A stretch of DNA of 64,000 bases from Rhynchobatus australiae (taxonomy: Eukaryota): positions 3,668,314-3,732,313 of the forward strand of contig JAUZTB010000084.1 in NCBI GenBank assembly GCA_034780895.1, given 5' to 3'. The notes under the pieces were generated by a model. That model had not been told where the DNA came from, made no database searches, and saw only the letters and a list, made by a program, of their open reading frames with translations. Shown piece by piece: positions 63,731-64,000 of this stretch (its first letter is position 1; every line of letters starts with the position of its first letter). The translations under genes were made by a program, and so were the position numbers.

Positions 63731-64000
63731 TGACTAGATATATCTACAACTTAGTGGGAACATCCGCTTGAATTTACATGGGATGACAAAAACTATGTGA
63801 GCCCACATCTAATTTATCCATGAAAATAAAAAAAACTCCTGCAATTCAAAGCCTGATGCAACATGGCAAATTGAGGTCAATGGACATCCAGTCAAGGTGA
63901 ATACAGTAGGTGGAGTTAAATGAACATGCCTGATTGTTTAAATTCATTCATCCTATCCACAGGGCATCATTGCAGGACGTCCTTAAGGCAATGCTCTTGG

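Noticed and set aside
1-64000. CRISPR arrays, operons, rRNA or recognisable miRNA genes
   Set aside because: None seen; the sequence is vertebrate non-coding DNA with no regularly spaced repeats or matches to mature miRNAs I could recall.

Overview
Repeat-rich, AT-rich vertebrate DNA from a gapped draft scaffold (many 100-N gaps), either intronic or intergenic. The repeat repertoire (CR1 and L2-type LINEs, V-domain and Deu-domain SINEs, Rex1/Babar, RTE, Penelope) points to a cartilaginous fish, probably a ray or shark; this is inferred from repeat motifs recognised by eye, not from a search. I found no intact host protein-coding gene. The ORFs I could assign are retroelement fragments; the rest are N-spanning artefacts or have no recognisable domain. 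The most notable structures are: (1) a Penelope element with a GIY-YIG remnant and a minimal hammerhead ribozyme motif, plus decayed copies; (2) a heavily decayed class-I-like endogenous retrovirus pol; (3) an RTE LINE with twin-priming-type 5' inversion architecture; (4) a composite insert bounded by two CR1 tails that splits an older CR1; (5) a three-level nested insertion with readable TSDs; (6) a chain of candidate minus-strand, apparently non-coding exons starting in a repeat-poor island near 31.5-32 kb. Repeat boundaries are approximate. I see no evidence for a wholly new multi-gene system.
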